Part shown: one piece after another, positions 1-9,796 of the stretch
Numbering within the stretch: the stretch's first letter is position 1
Layout: each line of letters opens with the position of its first letter
NCBI GenBank assembly: GCA_903896615.1
Contig: CAITYM010000048.1
Span: 4,750-68,749 of the forward strand
From: an uncultured Burkholderiales bacterium
GTDB taxonomy: Bacteria; Pseudomonadota; Gammaproteobacteria; Burkholderiales; Burkholderiaceae_C
DNA length: 64,000 bases
Direction: 5' to 3'
The notes under the pieces: model-generated
What the model was told of the DNA's origin: nothing
Database searches by the model: none
What the model saw: only the letters and a program-made list of their open reading frames with translations
Made by a program: the position numbers and the translations under genes

Positions 1-1161
1 GCCTCGTCCCAGATCAACTGTTACAGAAATCTCTTCTTGCTTCATGATGCGTTGACCGTCATCCTCCTTATAGTGAGGATGCCTTGAGCCACGAGTCGCA
101 ACATGTACATCGTCTAAATAAAGCTCAATTTGCGACTGATCTAAGTCTTCAATACCGGCATAGCCTACAGCAGCCAAGATTCGACCTAAATTGGGATCAC
201 TCGCAAAGAAGGCCGTTTTAACTAGGGGCGAATGGGCGATTGCGAGCGCCACTTTCTTGCACTCCTCAAGTGTTTTTCCACCCTTTATCTTCAAAGTAAT
301 AAACTTGGTTGCTCCCTCCGCATCCCTCACAATAGCCTGCGCCAATTGAACGCTAACTAGGCGCAGCGCCTTCAGTAGCGTTTGCCCCGGCTCTGACTCC
401 CAACTCGTAATAACGGGATGTGCGGCTTTATTTGTAGCCATCACCACAAAGGAGTCATTAGTTGAGGTGTCTCCGTCCACGGTGATTCTGTTGAACGAAG
501 AGTTAGCCAACTCAAGCGCTAAGGGCTTCATTAGTTCAGGAGCGATACAAGCGTCCGTTGCCAAATATCCAAGCATAGTTGCCATGTTTGGATGGATCAT
601 GCCTGCACCCTTGGCAATGCCTGTGATAGTGACGCTTGCCCCGTTCAAATTTACTTTGTTGCTAAACGCCTTAGCAACGGTGTCAGTCGTCATAATGCTA
701 TGCGCCGCTCTTGCCCAAACGTCTTTTGCAGCCGCTTTAACGGCGTTTGGTAATGCTTTAATTATTTTCTCAAACGGCAAGGGTTCCATGATGACCCCGG
801 TTGAAAACGGCAAAATCTGATCTGGACTGAGATTAAGAAGTTTTCCAAGCTCAGCACAAATCAGCCTTGCATTCTCCAGTCCACTCTCCCCAGTTCCAGC
901 GTTTGCATTCCCCGTGTTGATGACCAGTGCGCGAACATCGGGGCGGGCGGGCGAATTTAAAATTGATTCACAAATTTGTACGGGCGCGGCTTTGAATCTA
1001 TTTTTTGTAAATACCCCGCCAACATGAGTACCGCTGTCTAATAAAAAAATAGTTAAATCATCCTTGTCCGCTCGCTTTACGCCCGCCTGAGCGATACCAA
1101 TTTGAATACCTGGTACTGGAAAAATATCAACTGGATTTGGTGGTTGCAATCTTACTGGCAT
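1..1161 (-). CDS. argJ: Bifunctional glutamate N-acetyltransferase / amino-acid acetyltransferase ArgJ. It is partial: the C-terminus lies beyond the left window edge.
   Basis: My manual minus-strand translation from the ATG at 1159-1161 gives MPVRLQPPNPVDIFPVPGIQIGIAQAGVKRADKDDL...NTGNANAGTG...KGAGMIHPNMATMLGYLATDA (ArgJ autoprocessing site region)...TVDGDTSTNDS. The frame stays open to position 1. The ORF track does not list it because it runs off the window. Confidence 0.9.
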   Translation of the reverse strand, partial: MPVRLQPPNPVDIFPVPGIQIGIAQAGVKRADKDDLTIFLLDSGTHVGGVFTKNRFKAAPVQICESILNSPARPDVRALVINTGNANAGTGESGLENARLICAELGKLLNLSPDQILPFSTGVIMEPLPFEKIIKALPNAVKAAAKDVWARAAHSIMTTDTVAKAFSNKVNLNGASVTITGIAKGAGMIHPNMATMLGYLATDACIAPELMKPLALELANSSFNRITVDGDTSTNDSFVVMATNKAAHPVITSWESEPGQTLLKALRLVSVQLAQAIVRDAEGATKFITLKIKGGKTLEECKKVALAIAHSPLVKTAFFASDPNLGRILAAVGYAGIEDLDQSQIELYLDDVHVATRGSRHPHYKEDDGQRIMKQEEISVTVDLGRG

Positions 1162-1457
1162 ATCATTTATGTATTCAAAGTTAACGTAAGGACCTGGCCT
1201 ATTGGCCTAAGCCTGCATTTTGGTTTTAAAAATCCACAGGCATTTGCCCTTGAGGGTTTAATTTCCGTACTTTGCGAATCAAAGCGTTAAACCCAATTCA
1301 CTACTGCGTATTTTAAATGACATTGATCACCACTCTAATTACTTGTACCAATAAGCGTTAGCAGTGATTTAAAAGTACCGATGAACATTGTTGAGACTCA
1401 TTCAAAAAACCTAAGGGGTCTATCTGGCCAGCACTTTCACTCCCTTAGAATCTAAAT

Positions 1458-3344
1458 ATGACCGCCCAACAACCAGAGCTACATTCACTTACCCTTATAG
1501 CCGGGGGTGGTTTTTTACTTGACGGCGAAGAAATATCAATTGAAACACTGGGAACCCGCGCCGGGGAACTTCATAGAAATGGCAACACCCAAAAAGCCTC
1601 CTACCTTTATGAGCAACTGCTGCAACAAGAACCCCGTCACTTGCAATCTTTACACGCTCTGGGGCTTATTGCATTTCAAAATAAAAATTTAAGTGGAGCT
1701 ATCGATTTTTTAAATAAAGCTTTAGACATTGCTCCAGACAATGCTTCCTTGTATTACGACAGAGCTCTGGTATTTCAAAGTCAAAATGAGTTCGCCACAG
1801 CCATCAAAAACTATGATTTGGCAATTTTTTTAAACAACTCCTTTGCCCCCGCCCACTCTAACAAAGGCATTGCCTTGGAGGCTATGGGTCACAAGGATTT
1901 AGCGATCCAATGCTATGAACTGGCCATTTGCATTGACCCCTCCTTTGCAAGTGCTTGGTACAACCGAGGAAATATTTGTAAAGCCTTAACGGCTTTTGAG
2001 CAAGCAATTTTTTGCTACGAAGTTGCAACGACCTTAAATCCAAATTTCTGGGAAGCCTATACAAACCTTGGTTTGTCTTGGTACGCCCTCAAAATGTATC
2101 AAAAAGCCCTGGCGGCTTATGATCAAGCACTTTTGATTGAACCCAATCAAGCCGTGATTCACTATAACCGTGCTAATGTGTATAGAACAACCCAAGATTT
2201 TGCAAAAGCTTTAGCGGGATACGATTGCGCAGTTAAGTTGAACCCCCGTTTTGCACCGGCATATGCCAACCGGGGTTTGGTAAGAAAAGATCTGAATCAA
2301 CTTGGTGAAGCCGCCGCAGACTACTCGCTCGCTTTGGGCCTTGACCCTGCGCTTTTAGAAGCAAGGTGGAACCTCTCGATAGTCGATCTCACGCTGGGCA
2401 GGTGGACACCGGGCTGGGAGGGTTATGAACTGCGTTTCAAACACTCAGAACTAAGGGATAGCGTCGGCGCAAGAGAGTTTAAAGAGCCAAGATGGAGTCA
2501 AGACCTCAACATCGCCGCAAAGCGAATACTGATCTACTCCGAACAAGGTCTTGGTGATGCAATACAGTTTAGTCGCTACCTCTTATTGCTAAGCAGACTT
2601 GGGGCCCAAGTTATTTTTGAGGTCCAACCCGCACTTAAGCGGTTGTTTGAGAACTTGGAGGGCGTAACTTCGTTATGCATACGCGGTGAAGTACTTCCTG
2701 ATTTTGATTACTACCTTCCACTTCTCAGCTTGCCTAGAGCTTTTCAAACTCAGCTTGAAACTATTCCTGTGCCCGCGCAGTTTAAGCTCGACGCAACTGT
2801 TCTTGAACGATGGAGGAATGTTGTCAATCAGTGCTCGTACCCGATTACTTCAGCTATTCAATCATATGTCAATACACCCTTTAATCCTACCAAGAAGATC
2901 GGTATTGTTTGGCGAGGCAATCCCAATCACACCAATGACCACAACCGGAGTCTAAATCTAGCATCGCTCCTACAGCACCTTCCCTCAAAGTTTCTTTACT
3001 TTGTACTTCAAAAAGAAATTAGTGATGACGATTCAATGCTTCTTGGCGAACATACCAACATCATTAATTTGAGCGCCGACTTATATGACCTAACTGACAC
3101 TGCTGCATTGTGTTCGCAACTAGATCTTGTTATCTGTGTAGATACAAGTGTGGCGCACCTGAGCGCTTCATTTAATATACCGACCTATTTGCTCCTCCCC
3201 TTTAGCCCAGACTGGCGCTGGCTAATGCAGCGGGAGGACAGTCCTTGGTACCCAAGTTTAAGGCTGCTTCGACAATCCAGCATTGGCGACTGGGGCAGTG
3301 TGCTACTTAAGCTTAATCATTTGTTAAATTCAGATTTTAAGTAA
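1458..3344 (+). CDS. TPR-repeat protein fused to a C-terminal glycosyltransferase family 9 (heptosyltransferase-like) domain
   Basis: The N-terminal ~300 aa hold about 8 tandem 34-aa TPR units (repeated A..Y/F..A......P....A..N.G pattern). The C-terminal half has the GT9-like signature ILIYSEQGLGDAIQFSRYL and a late ICVDTSVAHLSA segment. Confidence 0.7.
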   Translation: MTAQQPELHSLTLIAGGGFLLDGEEISIETLGTRAGELHRNGNTQKASYLYEQLLQQEPRHLQSLHALGLIAFQNKNLSGAIDFLNKALDIAPDNASLYYDRALVFQSQNEFATAIKNYDLAIFLNNSFAPAHSNKGIALEAMGHKDLAIQCYELAICIDPSFASAWYNRGNICKALTAFEQAIFCYEVATTLNPNFWEAYTNLGLSWYALKMYQKALAAYDQALLIEPNQAVIHYNRANVYRTTQDFAKALAGYDCAVKLNPRFAPAYANRGLVRKDLNQLGEAAADYSLALGLDPALLEARWNLSIVDLTLGRWTPGWEGYELRFKHSELRDSVGAREFKEPRWSQDLNIAAKRILIYSEQGLGDAIQFSRYLLLLSRLGAQVIFEVQPALKRLFENLEGVTSLCIRGEVLPDFDYYLPLLSLPRAFQTQLETIPVPAQFKLDATVLERWRNVVNQCSYPITSAIQSYVNTPFNPTKKIGIVWRGNPNHTNDHNRSLNLASLLQHLPSKFLYFVLQKEISDDDSMLLGEHTNIINLSADLYDLTDTAALCSQLDLVICVDTSVAHLSASFNIPTYLLLPFSPDWRWLMQREDSPWYPSLRLLRQSSIGDWGSVLLKLNHLLNSDFK

Positions 3345-3382
3345 ATCTAAAAATATTACTTTATCTTTTTTCAGTGCTCAAT

Positions 3383-3706
3383 CTAGCATGCGAGAATTTT
3401 TTCAACTAATGCATAGCTCTTGTCGGTTGCAAATAACAATTTGGTTTTTTTATTATTTGGTTTAAATTCTGCTCTGATGTAGCCGCTCTCAATCAAACTC
3501 AAGTAATGATGCCTTACTGCTGAGTAACTGTGACTGGCTGAGAGGAATAAATTTTTAACATTTACCTCTAACCCCAAAGTATTTTGCTCGCACACAAAGA
3601 GTATTAAGTCATAACTAATCAAAAATGAATCGCTTGGAAATTCATTTTTTAAGATGTTCTGTTTTTTTATAAGAACTGTGAAGTGGTTTTTAATAGGGGA
3701 GTCCAT
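3383..3706 (-). CDS. Small hypothetical protein, probable winged-helix DNA-binding protein
   Basis: 107-aa ORF with an ATG start in an AT-rich stretch. Its C-terminal half SAVRHHYLSLIESGYIRAEFKPNNKKTKLLFATDK looks like a recognition helix plus basic wing. It has the same layout as ORF 61222-61569. Confidence 0.4.
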   Translation of the reverse strand: MDSPIKNHFTVLIKKQNILKNEFPSDSFLISYDLILFVCEQNTLGLEVNVKNLFLSASHSYSAVRHHYLSLIESGYIRAEFKPNNKKTKLLFATDKSYALVEKILAC

Positions 3707-4068
3707 TGGTTCATAATAAACTCTAAAGTGCTAGTAAGCATTAACTTTCTTTAGCAAAAGATATCTCTTAAATACATCTTTTCAAGACATTATTTTAGTT
3801 TCGCTTTTTTTATTTATACGTTCGCCAACAGACAATAAGAATATTTATTCACGTCTTAAAATTAACAAATAAAAAGATCTTCAATGTATATTTTTCACGC
3901 ATATTGTTTTGAGATCTCTTGGCTCATTCAAGAAAATTAGCTTTTCTAGCGGATATCCAACTAGAGCTTATCACTGACACTCTTTTGGATTGTTCTTTGT
4001 AAGGCCTACTCTTTGTTCACTTATCGAACAACAGCAACGCCTAAGTGGCAGATCACATGGGCACCTTC

Positions 4069-4117
4069 GGCGCGCGCTATTCAACCTCCTCCTGAGAGTA
4101 GAGAATCTCCGCGCGCC
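4069..4117. repeat. GC-only 8-bp inverted repeat (GGCGCGCG / CGCGCGCC) enclosing a 33-nt loop
   Basis: Arm 4069-4076 is the exact reverse complement of 4110-4117. There is no adjacent U-run on either strand. Confidence 0.4.
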
Positions 4118-4223
4118 CAGTTAAATCAGCAAAACGGCGACACGCACAGTGACTAAAGTTTTAGCTCGCTAAACAGCATAACGTGTAAGTTACGCCACTG
4201 CCTAACCCAATCAGCGTTCTCAA

Positions 4224-4256
4224 TTGAACCCTAATTCAACCCTGAATCAACCCAGT
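4224..4256. repeat. Three direct T(G/C)AACCC units at about 11-nt spacing
   Basis: The sequence reads ttgaaccctaa ttcaaccctgaa tcaacccagtt, immediately 3' of the secA stop codon. Confidence 0.35.
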
Positions 4257-4279
4257 TGCATTAACGGCCCAGCATCGCA

Positions 4280-7030
4280 CTAGTTTAAGCGTCCGTGACA
4301 GTGCTTGTATTTTTTTCCACTTCCGCATGGGCAGGGCTCGTTGCGCCCAGGCGCTGGCACGCCTTTTAAGACCTGGGGCTCTGATCCTTGGGAGACTACT
4401 TCTTCCTCACCCGTCTCTGTAGGAGAGGTATAGGTAATGTTTTTCAAATCCTCAGCCTGCTCTTCAATCTTACTTGCCGCTTGCTCCAACTGCTCACCAG
4501 ACTGAATCTCAACAGTCATGAGAATGCGTGTAACTTCATTTTTTACTAGATCTAAGAGCTGCCCAAACAACTCAAATGCTTCACGTTTATATTCTTGCTT
4601 GGGCTGCTTTTGTGCGTAACCTCGCAAATGAATACCCTGTCGCAAATAGTCTAGTGCCGACAGATGCTCTCTCCAGTGCGTATCGATGCTCTGCAAAAGA
4701 ACCATTCGCATAAAAGGAGTGAATTGCTCTGTGCCCACATCTTTAATCTTGTCTTGGAACACTTCATTGGCACGATTAACCACAAGCTCCAACACATCTT
4801 CAGAATCAATCGAGTCTGCAGCATTAATTAGTTTTTGTAGTTCAAGTGAGAGTCTCCAGTCCTTTTGAAGCACATCCTCCAAACCACTCACATTCCACTG
4901 CTCCTCTACAGACTCTAGTGGCACGTAATGGCGCACCAAATCACTAAACGTTCCTTCCCGCAGTGAATCAATCTGCGCTGATAAATCTGAGGTATCCAAG
5001 ATGTCATTGCGCTGTTGGTAGATGACCTTTCTTTGATCGTTGGATACATCATCGTATTCGAGGAGTTGTTTGCGAATATCAAAATTTCTTGCCTCTACCT
5101 TTCTTTGAGCACTCTCGATGCTGCGAGTAACGATACCGGCTTCAATTGCCTCGCCCTCCGGCATATTCAAACGCTCCATGATTGCCTTGACCCGGTCACC
5201 AGCAAAGATTCTCATCAAAGAATCGTCCAAACTCAAATAAAAACGGGAAGAACCGGGATCGCCCTGTCTTCCAGAGCGCCCACGCAATTGGTTATCGATA
5301 CGTCTTGATTCGTGTCGCTCTGTGGCAATGATGCGAAGGCCACCTAGGGATTTCACCCGCTCATGATCAATTGACCACTGCGCCTTCAGTTTTTGAATTT
5401 GTTCTCGTTTCTCATGCTCACTTAAGGCTTCATTTGTTTCTACAGCAGAAATCATCTTCTCAATGTTTCCGCCTAGAACAATGTCAGTACCCCGTCCAGC
5501 CATATTGGTTGCTATCGTGATTGATTTTTCTGCACCAGCCTGAGCAATAATTTCTGCCTCTCGCTCATGCTGTTTTGCATTCAATACCTGATGCGGCAAT
5601 TTGGCGCGCTCAAGCATTGCGGCAATCAATTCGGAGTTCTCAATGGATGTAGTGCCCACCAACACAGGCTGGCCCCTCTCGTGACATTCACGAATATCGT
5701 CAATTGCCGCCTTGTATTTTTCTTGGGTCGTTTTGTAAACGCGGTCGAGCTGATCCTCTCTTCGACTGATTCGATTTGGGGGTATGACAATCGTCTCAAG
5801 GCCATAAATTTCTTGAAACTCGTAGGCCTCAGTATCTGCAGTTCCTGTCATACCAGCTAATTTTTGGTAAAGACGGAAATAATTTTGGAACGTAATTGAC
5901 GCCAATGTTTGGTTCTCAGCCTGAATCTTTACGCCCTCTTTGGCTTCAACCGCTTGATGCAAACCATCACTCCAACGTCTACCTGTCATTAATCGCCCAG
6001 TGAACTCATCTACGATAACAATTTCACCACCCTGGTTCACGTAGTGTTGGTCTTTAAAGTACAGGTGATGTGCACGCAGTGCTGCGTACATATGGTGCAT
6101 CAATCCAATATTGGTTGGATCATAAAGGGATGCGCCCTCAGGCAACAATCCCATCTCAGAGAGTAAACGCTCTGCGTTCTCGTGCCCTTGTTCGGTCAAG
6201 AATACTTGATGTGACTTCTCATCAACCGTAAAATCCCCAGGCGTAATGATGCCCTCCCCCGTTCGCAGATCCTCCTCACCCTCTTGCTTGATCAAGTAGG
6301 GAACTACCTTATTAATGGCCAGATACATCTGGGTGTGATCTTCTGCTTGGCCACTGATAATTAAAGGCGTTCTAGCTTCATCAATTAAAATCGAGTCTAC
6401 TTCGTCAACGATGGCGTAATTCAAAGGACGCTGAACTCGGTCAGCGCGCTCGTACACCATGTTGTCGCGCAAATAATCAAAACCAAATTCGTTATTGGTT
6501 CCGTAGGTTATATCCGCGTTGTAAGCTTCTTGCTTCTCTTTGCGTGACATAGTGGGCAAGTTAACTCCAACACTCAGTCCCAAGAAGTTATATAACTTGC
6601 CCATCCACTGAGCGTCTCGGTTTGCTAAATAGTCATTCACCGTCACAACGTGAACACCCTTAGCCGCTAAAGCATTTAAATAAACTGACAAAGTTGCAGT
6701 TAGCGTTTTTCCCTCACCCGTGCGCATCTCAGAAATATTTCCCTGATGCAAGGAGATACCACCCAGTAATTGCACATCAAAGTGTCTCATTTTCATGACA
6801 CGCTTAGAGCCTTCACGAACCACTGCAAAAGCTTCTACGAGCAACTCATCTAAGGTCTCACCAGCTGCAATACGCGTTCTAAATTCCTCTGTTTTACCGC
6901 GCAACTGCTCATCACTCAAACCCTCAAGCGAGCTCTCAAGTGCATTAATGCTAACTACAGATTTTTGGAACTGCTTTAATAGGCGCTCATTGCGGCTACC
7001 AAAGATCATTGTGAGTAAATTAAAAGCCAT
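4280..7030 (-). CDS. secA: Preprotein translocase ATPase SecA
   Basis: [21 protein letters not shown] is the canonical SecA N-terminus. Also present are Walker [10 protein letters not shown], the DEAD-like [19 protein letters not shown] and the C-terminal zinc motif [15 protein letters not shown] chose the start at the ATG at 7028-7030 rather than the longest ORF (7147). Confidence 0.97.
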   Translation of the reverse strand: MAFNLLTMIFGSRNERLLKQFQKSVVSINALESSLEGLSDEQLRGKTEEFRTRIAAGETLDELLVEAFAVVREGSKRVMKMRHFDVQLLGGISLHQGNISEMRTGEGKTLTATLSVYLNALAAKGVHVVTVNDYLANRDAQWMGKLYNFLGLSVGVNLPTMSRKEKQEAYNADITYGTNNEFGFDYLRDNMVYERADRVQRPLNYAIVDEVDSILIDEARTPLIISGQAEDHTQMYLAINKVVPYLIKQEGEEDLRTGEGIITPGDFTVDEKSHQVFLTEQGHENAERLLSEMGLLPEGASLYDPTNIGLMHHMYAALRAHHLYFKDQHYVNQGGEIVIVDEFTGRLMTGRRWSDGLHQAVEAKEGVKIQAENQTLASITFQNYFRLYQKLAGMTGTADTEAYEFQEIYGLETIVIPPNRISRREDQLDRVYKTTQEKYKAAIDDIRECHERGQPVLVGTTSIENSELIAAMLERAKLPHQVLNAKQHEREAEIIAQAGAEKSITIATNMAGRGTDIVLGGNIEKMISAVETNEALSEHEKREQIQKLKAQWSIDHERVKSLGGLRIIATERHESRRIDNQLRGRSGRQGDPGSSRFYLSLDDSLMRIFAGDRVKAIMERLNMPEGEAIEAGIVTRSIESAQRKVEARNFDIRKQLLEYDDVSNDQRKVIYQQRNDILDTSDLSAQIDSLREGTFSDLVRHYVPLESVEEQWNVSGLEDVLQKDWRLSLELQKLINAADSIDSEDVLELVVNRANEVFQDKIKDVGTEQFTPFMRMVLLQSIDTHWREHLSALDYLRQGIHLRGYAQKQPKQEYKREAFELFGQLLDLVKNEVTRILMTVEIQSGEQLEQAASKIEEQAEDLKNITYTSPTETGEEEVVSQGSEPQVLKGVPAPGRNEPCPCGSGKKYKHCHGRLN

Positions 7031-7132
7031 GCCCTGTCTGCAACTCTGGATCCCGTAAACTTTGGGACTTGTTTGCAGTTTCCTTATGAAAGATTTATAT
7101 TTTAACCCGGCTACCAAAGCGATAATGTAACA

Positions 7133-7576
7133 ATGACGCAAACCCAAAGAACTACATCATCCCAACCCACCGGGCAAGACTCAGATGCACAAACTTTGGG
7201 CAATACAAGTAGACGTCCAAGCGCACTTTCTGCTTATAGGGCCTTGGGATACTCCAAAGTACCTTATTCTGCCCCCCTATTGCGGGGCAAGCCCCAACTC
7301 GCCGCAAAAGCTCTCAGTAACGCACCGATACTTTCTCAGTTGCTAGAGCTCTCTAGGGACTCCGAACAACGACTTTATGCTGTCAAATCATTGCTCCCTC
7401 CTCCGTTCCGAGAGAGCGTTAAATCAAGCACCCTTGACGGCGACACATGGTGCTTACTGGTTCCAAATAATTCAGTAATGGCCAAACTTAAACAAATGCT
7501 CCCCTCATTGGCTGCCCATTTGAGAAGCAAGGGATTTAGAGTGCAAACGATTCGACTGAAGATCGAAGGCAAATAA
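7133..7576 (+). CDS. DUF721 (DciA-like) domain protein
   Basis: It is divergent from secA, as in other Burkholderiales. The C-terminal [44 protein letters not shown] fits the DUF721 pattern. The start is uncertain. Confidence 0.45.
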   Translation: MTQTQRTTSSQPTGQDSDAQTLGNTSRRPSALSAYRALGYSKVPYSAPLLRGKPQLAAKALSNAPILSQLLELSRDSEQRLYAVKSLLPPPFRESVKSSTLDGDTWCLLVPNNSVMAKLKQMLPSLAAHLRSKGFRVQTIRLKIEGK

Positions 7577-8095
7577 TTTCGCTCTAGTTTTTGAGCTCAA
7601 TTGCACTTAGTTCTGTGTATTAATGGTGCCGTATCAAAACCACGTAATCAGAACCTCTTAATTGCAGCGCTACTGAGGATATTTTGGAGTTCATAAATGC
7701 TCATTTCCTCGGCGATTGCTGACATCCATTGATATTTTTTTGCTAAGCAAAATAAGTCCCGCCGTGTGTACTTTTAACAACACGTGATTTAGATGGGCTT
7801 TGGCACCACCGCATTTTCCATTTATTGAAAACATCCCAACCACTGAAGTGCGATGAGGTCGCTTTCAGCATCTAACTGCCAACGCACTGTTTATGGAACA
7901 CTTACACGCGACAAGAAGTGAATATTCCACACGTTCGCATCAACAAGGACATCCGGTTCAGTCTCTTTAAAGTTAAGGCTTAGGCATGTCTGTACATAGC
8001 GAAAAAAGTGCTGTATTGCATCCCTTTTTGCTTGGATGGCGAGTGACGTGACAACGCACCCCCTGCCCTAACCCCAAGCACACTTGGGCATCGCG

Positions 8096-8126
8096 CAAAA
8101 AAAAGCCTCGAGGATATCGAGGTTTT
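8096..8126 (-). terminator. Rho-independent terminator downstream of tRNA-Thr
   Basis: On the minus strand a CCTCGA-TATCC-TCGAGG hairpin (8106-8122) is followed by T8 (the A-run 8096-8103 on the plus strand). Confidence 0.6.
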
Positions 8127-8131
8127 TGAAA

Positions 8132-8207
8132 TGGTGCCCCCTGTCCGACTCGAACAGACCACCTACTGATTACAAATCAGTTGCTCTACCAGATGAGCTA
8201 AGGGGGC
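8132..8207 (-). tRNA. tRNA-Thr (anticodon UGU)
   Basis: The 76-nt minus-strand sequence folds by hand as a cloverleaf: GCCCCCT-TA-GCTC-ATCTGGTA-GAGC-A-ACTGA-TTTGTAA-TCAGT-AGGTG-GTCTG-TTCGAGT-CGGAC-AGGGGGC-A-CCA. All four stems pair, with one G-U. The CCA end is encoded. Confidence 0.93.
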
Positions 8208-8216
8208 ACGGTTGGT

Positions 8217-8229
8217 ATTGTAACCAAAA
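8217..8229 (-). promoter_or_regulatory. Putative promoter -10 region for tRNA-Thr (TTTTGGTTACAAT)
   Basis: TACAAT ends 9 nt upstream of the mature tRNA 5' end. The same 13-mer occurs upstream of metK at 55120-55132. Confidence 0.35.
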
Positions 8230-8349
8230 GTCACTATCAATCTATAAATCAGCTCAAAGAGATTTAATAATGAGTTGTTTAGTAACTACTGTTCCATTTT
8301 TTAGAGTGAGCTAATGCAAACTCAGACTTCCCTAATGACCTTGATTTAA

Positions 8350-8940
8350 CTATTTAATACGGGTCAGTTTCGGACGCCCTGTTACCGGAGCAGGAGACTC
8401 AGGCGGAGGCGTATCGTCCGAACTTTGATCCAATGGCGTTTTAAGCTCAGTTTTTTTATCCAGACCAACATCCCCGCTAAGAGCTTGATTGTTCGGAGAT
8501 ACCCCACTTTTTTGATCACTCAATTTGTTCATTAAAGTAAGCGGAGTCACAGTTGGCCAAACAGAACCTAACTCGGTAGAAACTTTAACTAAATTTGGTT
8601 CAATTTCTGGCACAGGTGCAGGAGCTGGAAAAGCCATACCTTGTCCATTTTCTCGAGCATAAATTGCAATCACCTGACCTACAGGGACAACAATCTGACG
8701 CGGCGTACCCCCAAACCTGGCCTTGAACTCTACAAACTCGTTTCCGAGTTGAAGCCCACTTGTCGCATCTAGGCTGATATTTAAAACGATCTCGCCGTTT
8801 TGAACGTACTCTTTCGGCACCTGAACATTGGAGTCGACTTTGACAGCAATATAGGGGGTGAACGCATTGTCATTGCACCACTCAAACAAGGCTCTGATCA
8901 AATAGGGCCTTGTTGAGACGGATTGTGTCGCGTTTTTCAT
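8350..8940 (-). CDS. sspB: ClpXP adaptor / stringent starvation protein B
   Basis: The N-terminus RPYLIRALFEWCNDNAFTPYIAVKVD is the SspB signature. A disordered tail ends in a basic ClpX-binding-like peptide. It lies directly downstream of sspA. Confidence 0.9.
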   Translation of the reverse strand: MKNATQSVSTRPYLIRALFEWCNDNAFTPYIAVKVDSNVQVPKEYVQNGEIVLNISLDATSGLQLGNEFVEFKARFGGTPRQIVVPVGQVIAIYARENGQGMAFPAPAPVPEIEPNLVKVSTELGSVWPTVTPLTLMNKLSDQKSGVSPNNQALSGDVGLDKKTELKTPLDQSSDDTPPPESPAPVTGRPKLTRIK

Positions 8941-9019
8941 ATTGATTTTGCGAATTCAGTAAATTCGCCAGGACTTCAGAAAGTGATCCTAATATATCAC
9001 CAACTGGTGTCCAAACTAA

Positions 9020-9631
9020 TTACTTACGCATAACTTTCTCAGAAGGGGTCAATGCTTCAATATATGCGGGTCTAGAGAAGATACGTTCTGCATATTTCAA
9101 AAGAGGAGCTGCGTTTTTGGATAACTCAATTTCATAATGATCCAAACGCCACAGCAACGGAGCAATAGCTACGTCAAGCATTGAGAAGTTCTCACCCAAC
9201 ATAAACTTGTTCTTCAAAAAAACAGGAGCTAATTGGGTTAAACGGTCACGAATATGTGAGCGCGCTTTGTCCAACGATTTGTCATTAGGCTTAGCGCCCC
9301 TATTTTCCAGCAGACTTACGTTTGTAAAAAGCTCTTTCTCAAAATTTAAAAGAAACAGTCTCACTCTCGCACGGTCTACAGGATCACCTGGCATTAACTG
9401 AGGATGAGGAAAGCGCTCGTCAATGTATTCATTGATGATGTTTGACTCGTACAAAATTAAATCGCGCTCAACCAAAATTGGCACCTGTCCATAAGGATTC
9501 ATGACGTTGATGTCTTCTTGCTTGTTGTAGAGATCAACATCGCGAATTTCGAAGTCCATTCCTTTTTCAAACAAAACGAAACGGCAACGATGAGAAAAGG
9601 GACACGTTGTCCCAGAATATAAGACCATCAT
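9020..9631 (-). CDS. sspA: Stringent starvation protein A (GST-fold)
   Basis: MVLYSGTTCPFSHRCRFVLFEKGMDFEIRDVD matches the SspA N-terminal thioredoxin-like fold. It forms the sspA-sspB pair downstream of petABC. Confidence 0.9.
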   Translation of the reverse strand: MMVLYSGTTCPFSHRCRFVLFEKGMDFEIRDVDLYNKQEDINVMNPYGQVPILVERDLILYESNIINEYIDERFPHPQLMPGDPVDRARVRLFLLNFEKELFTNVSLLENRGAKPNDKSLDKARSHIRDRLTQLAPVFLKNKFMLGENFSMLDVAIAPLLWRLDHYEIELSKNAAPLLKYAERIFSRPAYIEALTPSEKVMRK

Positions 9632-9796
9632 AGGATTTAGCTCTCCAGTAAATCAGCAAAGCAAGGGGAAGATCCCCCTCGCCTTTAAACGCTGAGCATC
9701 TCTAAAAATTGTAGAGAAGTCAGATACAAAAATAAATAGACGTTTAGCCTAGGTTGCCAGTTTTTTTAATCTGAGAAACCCAAACTTCTCGAATTT

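Noticed and set aside
467-820. Many ORF-track entries lie antisense to or out of frame with large genes. Examples are 467-820, 5015-5308, 11638-11997, 12051-12437, 13106-13663, 26580-26921, 37362-37730 and 56822-57178.
   Set aside because: Each sits entirely within a gene that has strong family motifs. None shows a recognisable motif, and their low-complexity composition is typical of shadow ORFs.
7031-7147. The longest secA ORF carries a 39-codon N-terminal extension ([15 protein letters not shown]...).
   Set aside because: The canonical SecA N-terminus [21 protein letters not shown] begins at the ATG at 7028-7030. The extension would also overlap the divergent DUF721 gene start.
8084-8314. 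A 76-aa plus-strand ORF and a 60-aa minus-strand ORF (7980-8162) lie near the tRNA.
   Set aside because: Both overlap the tRNA-Thr gene and its terminator, and neither has a ribosome-binding site or motif.
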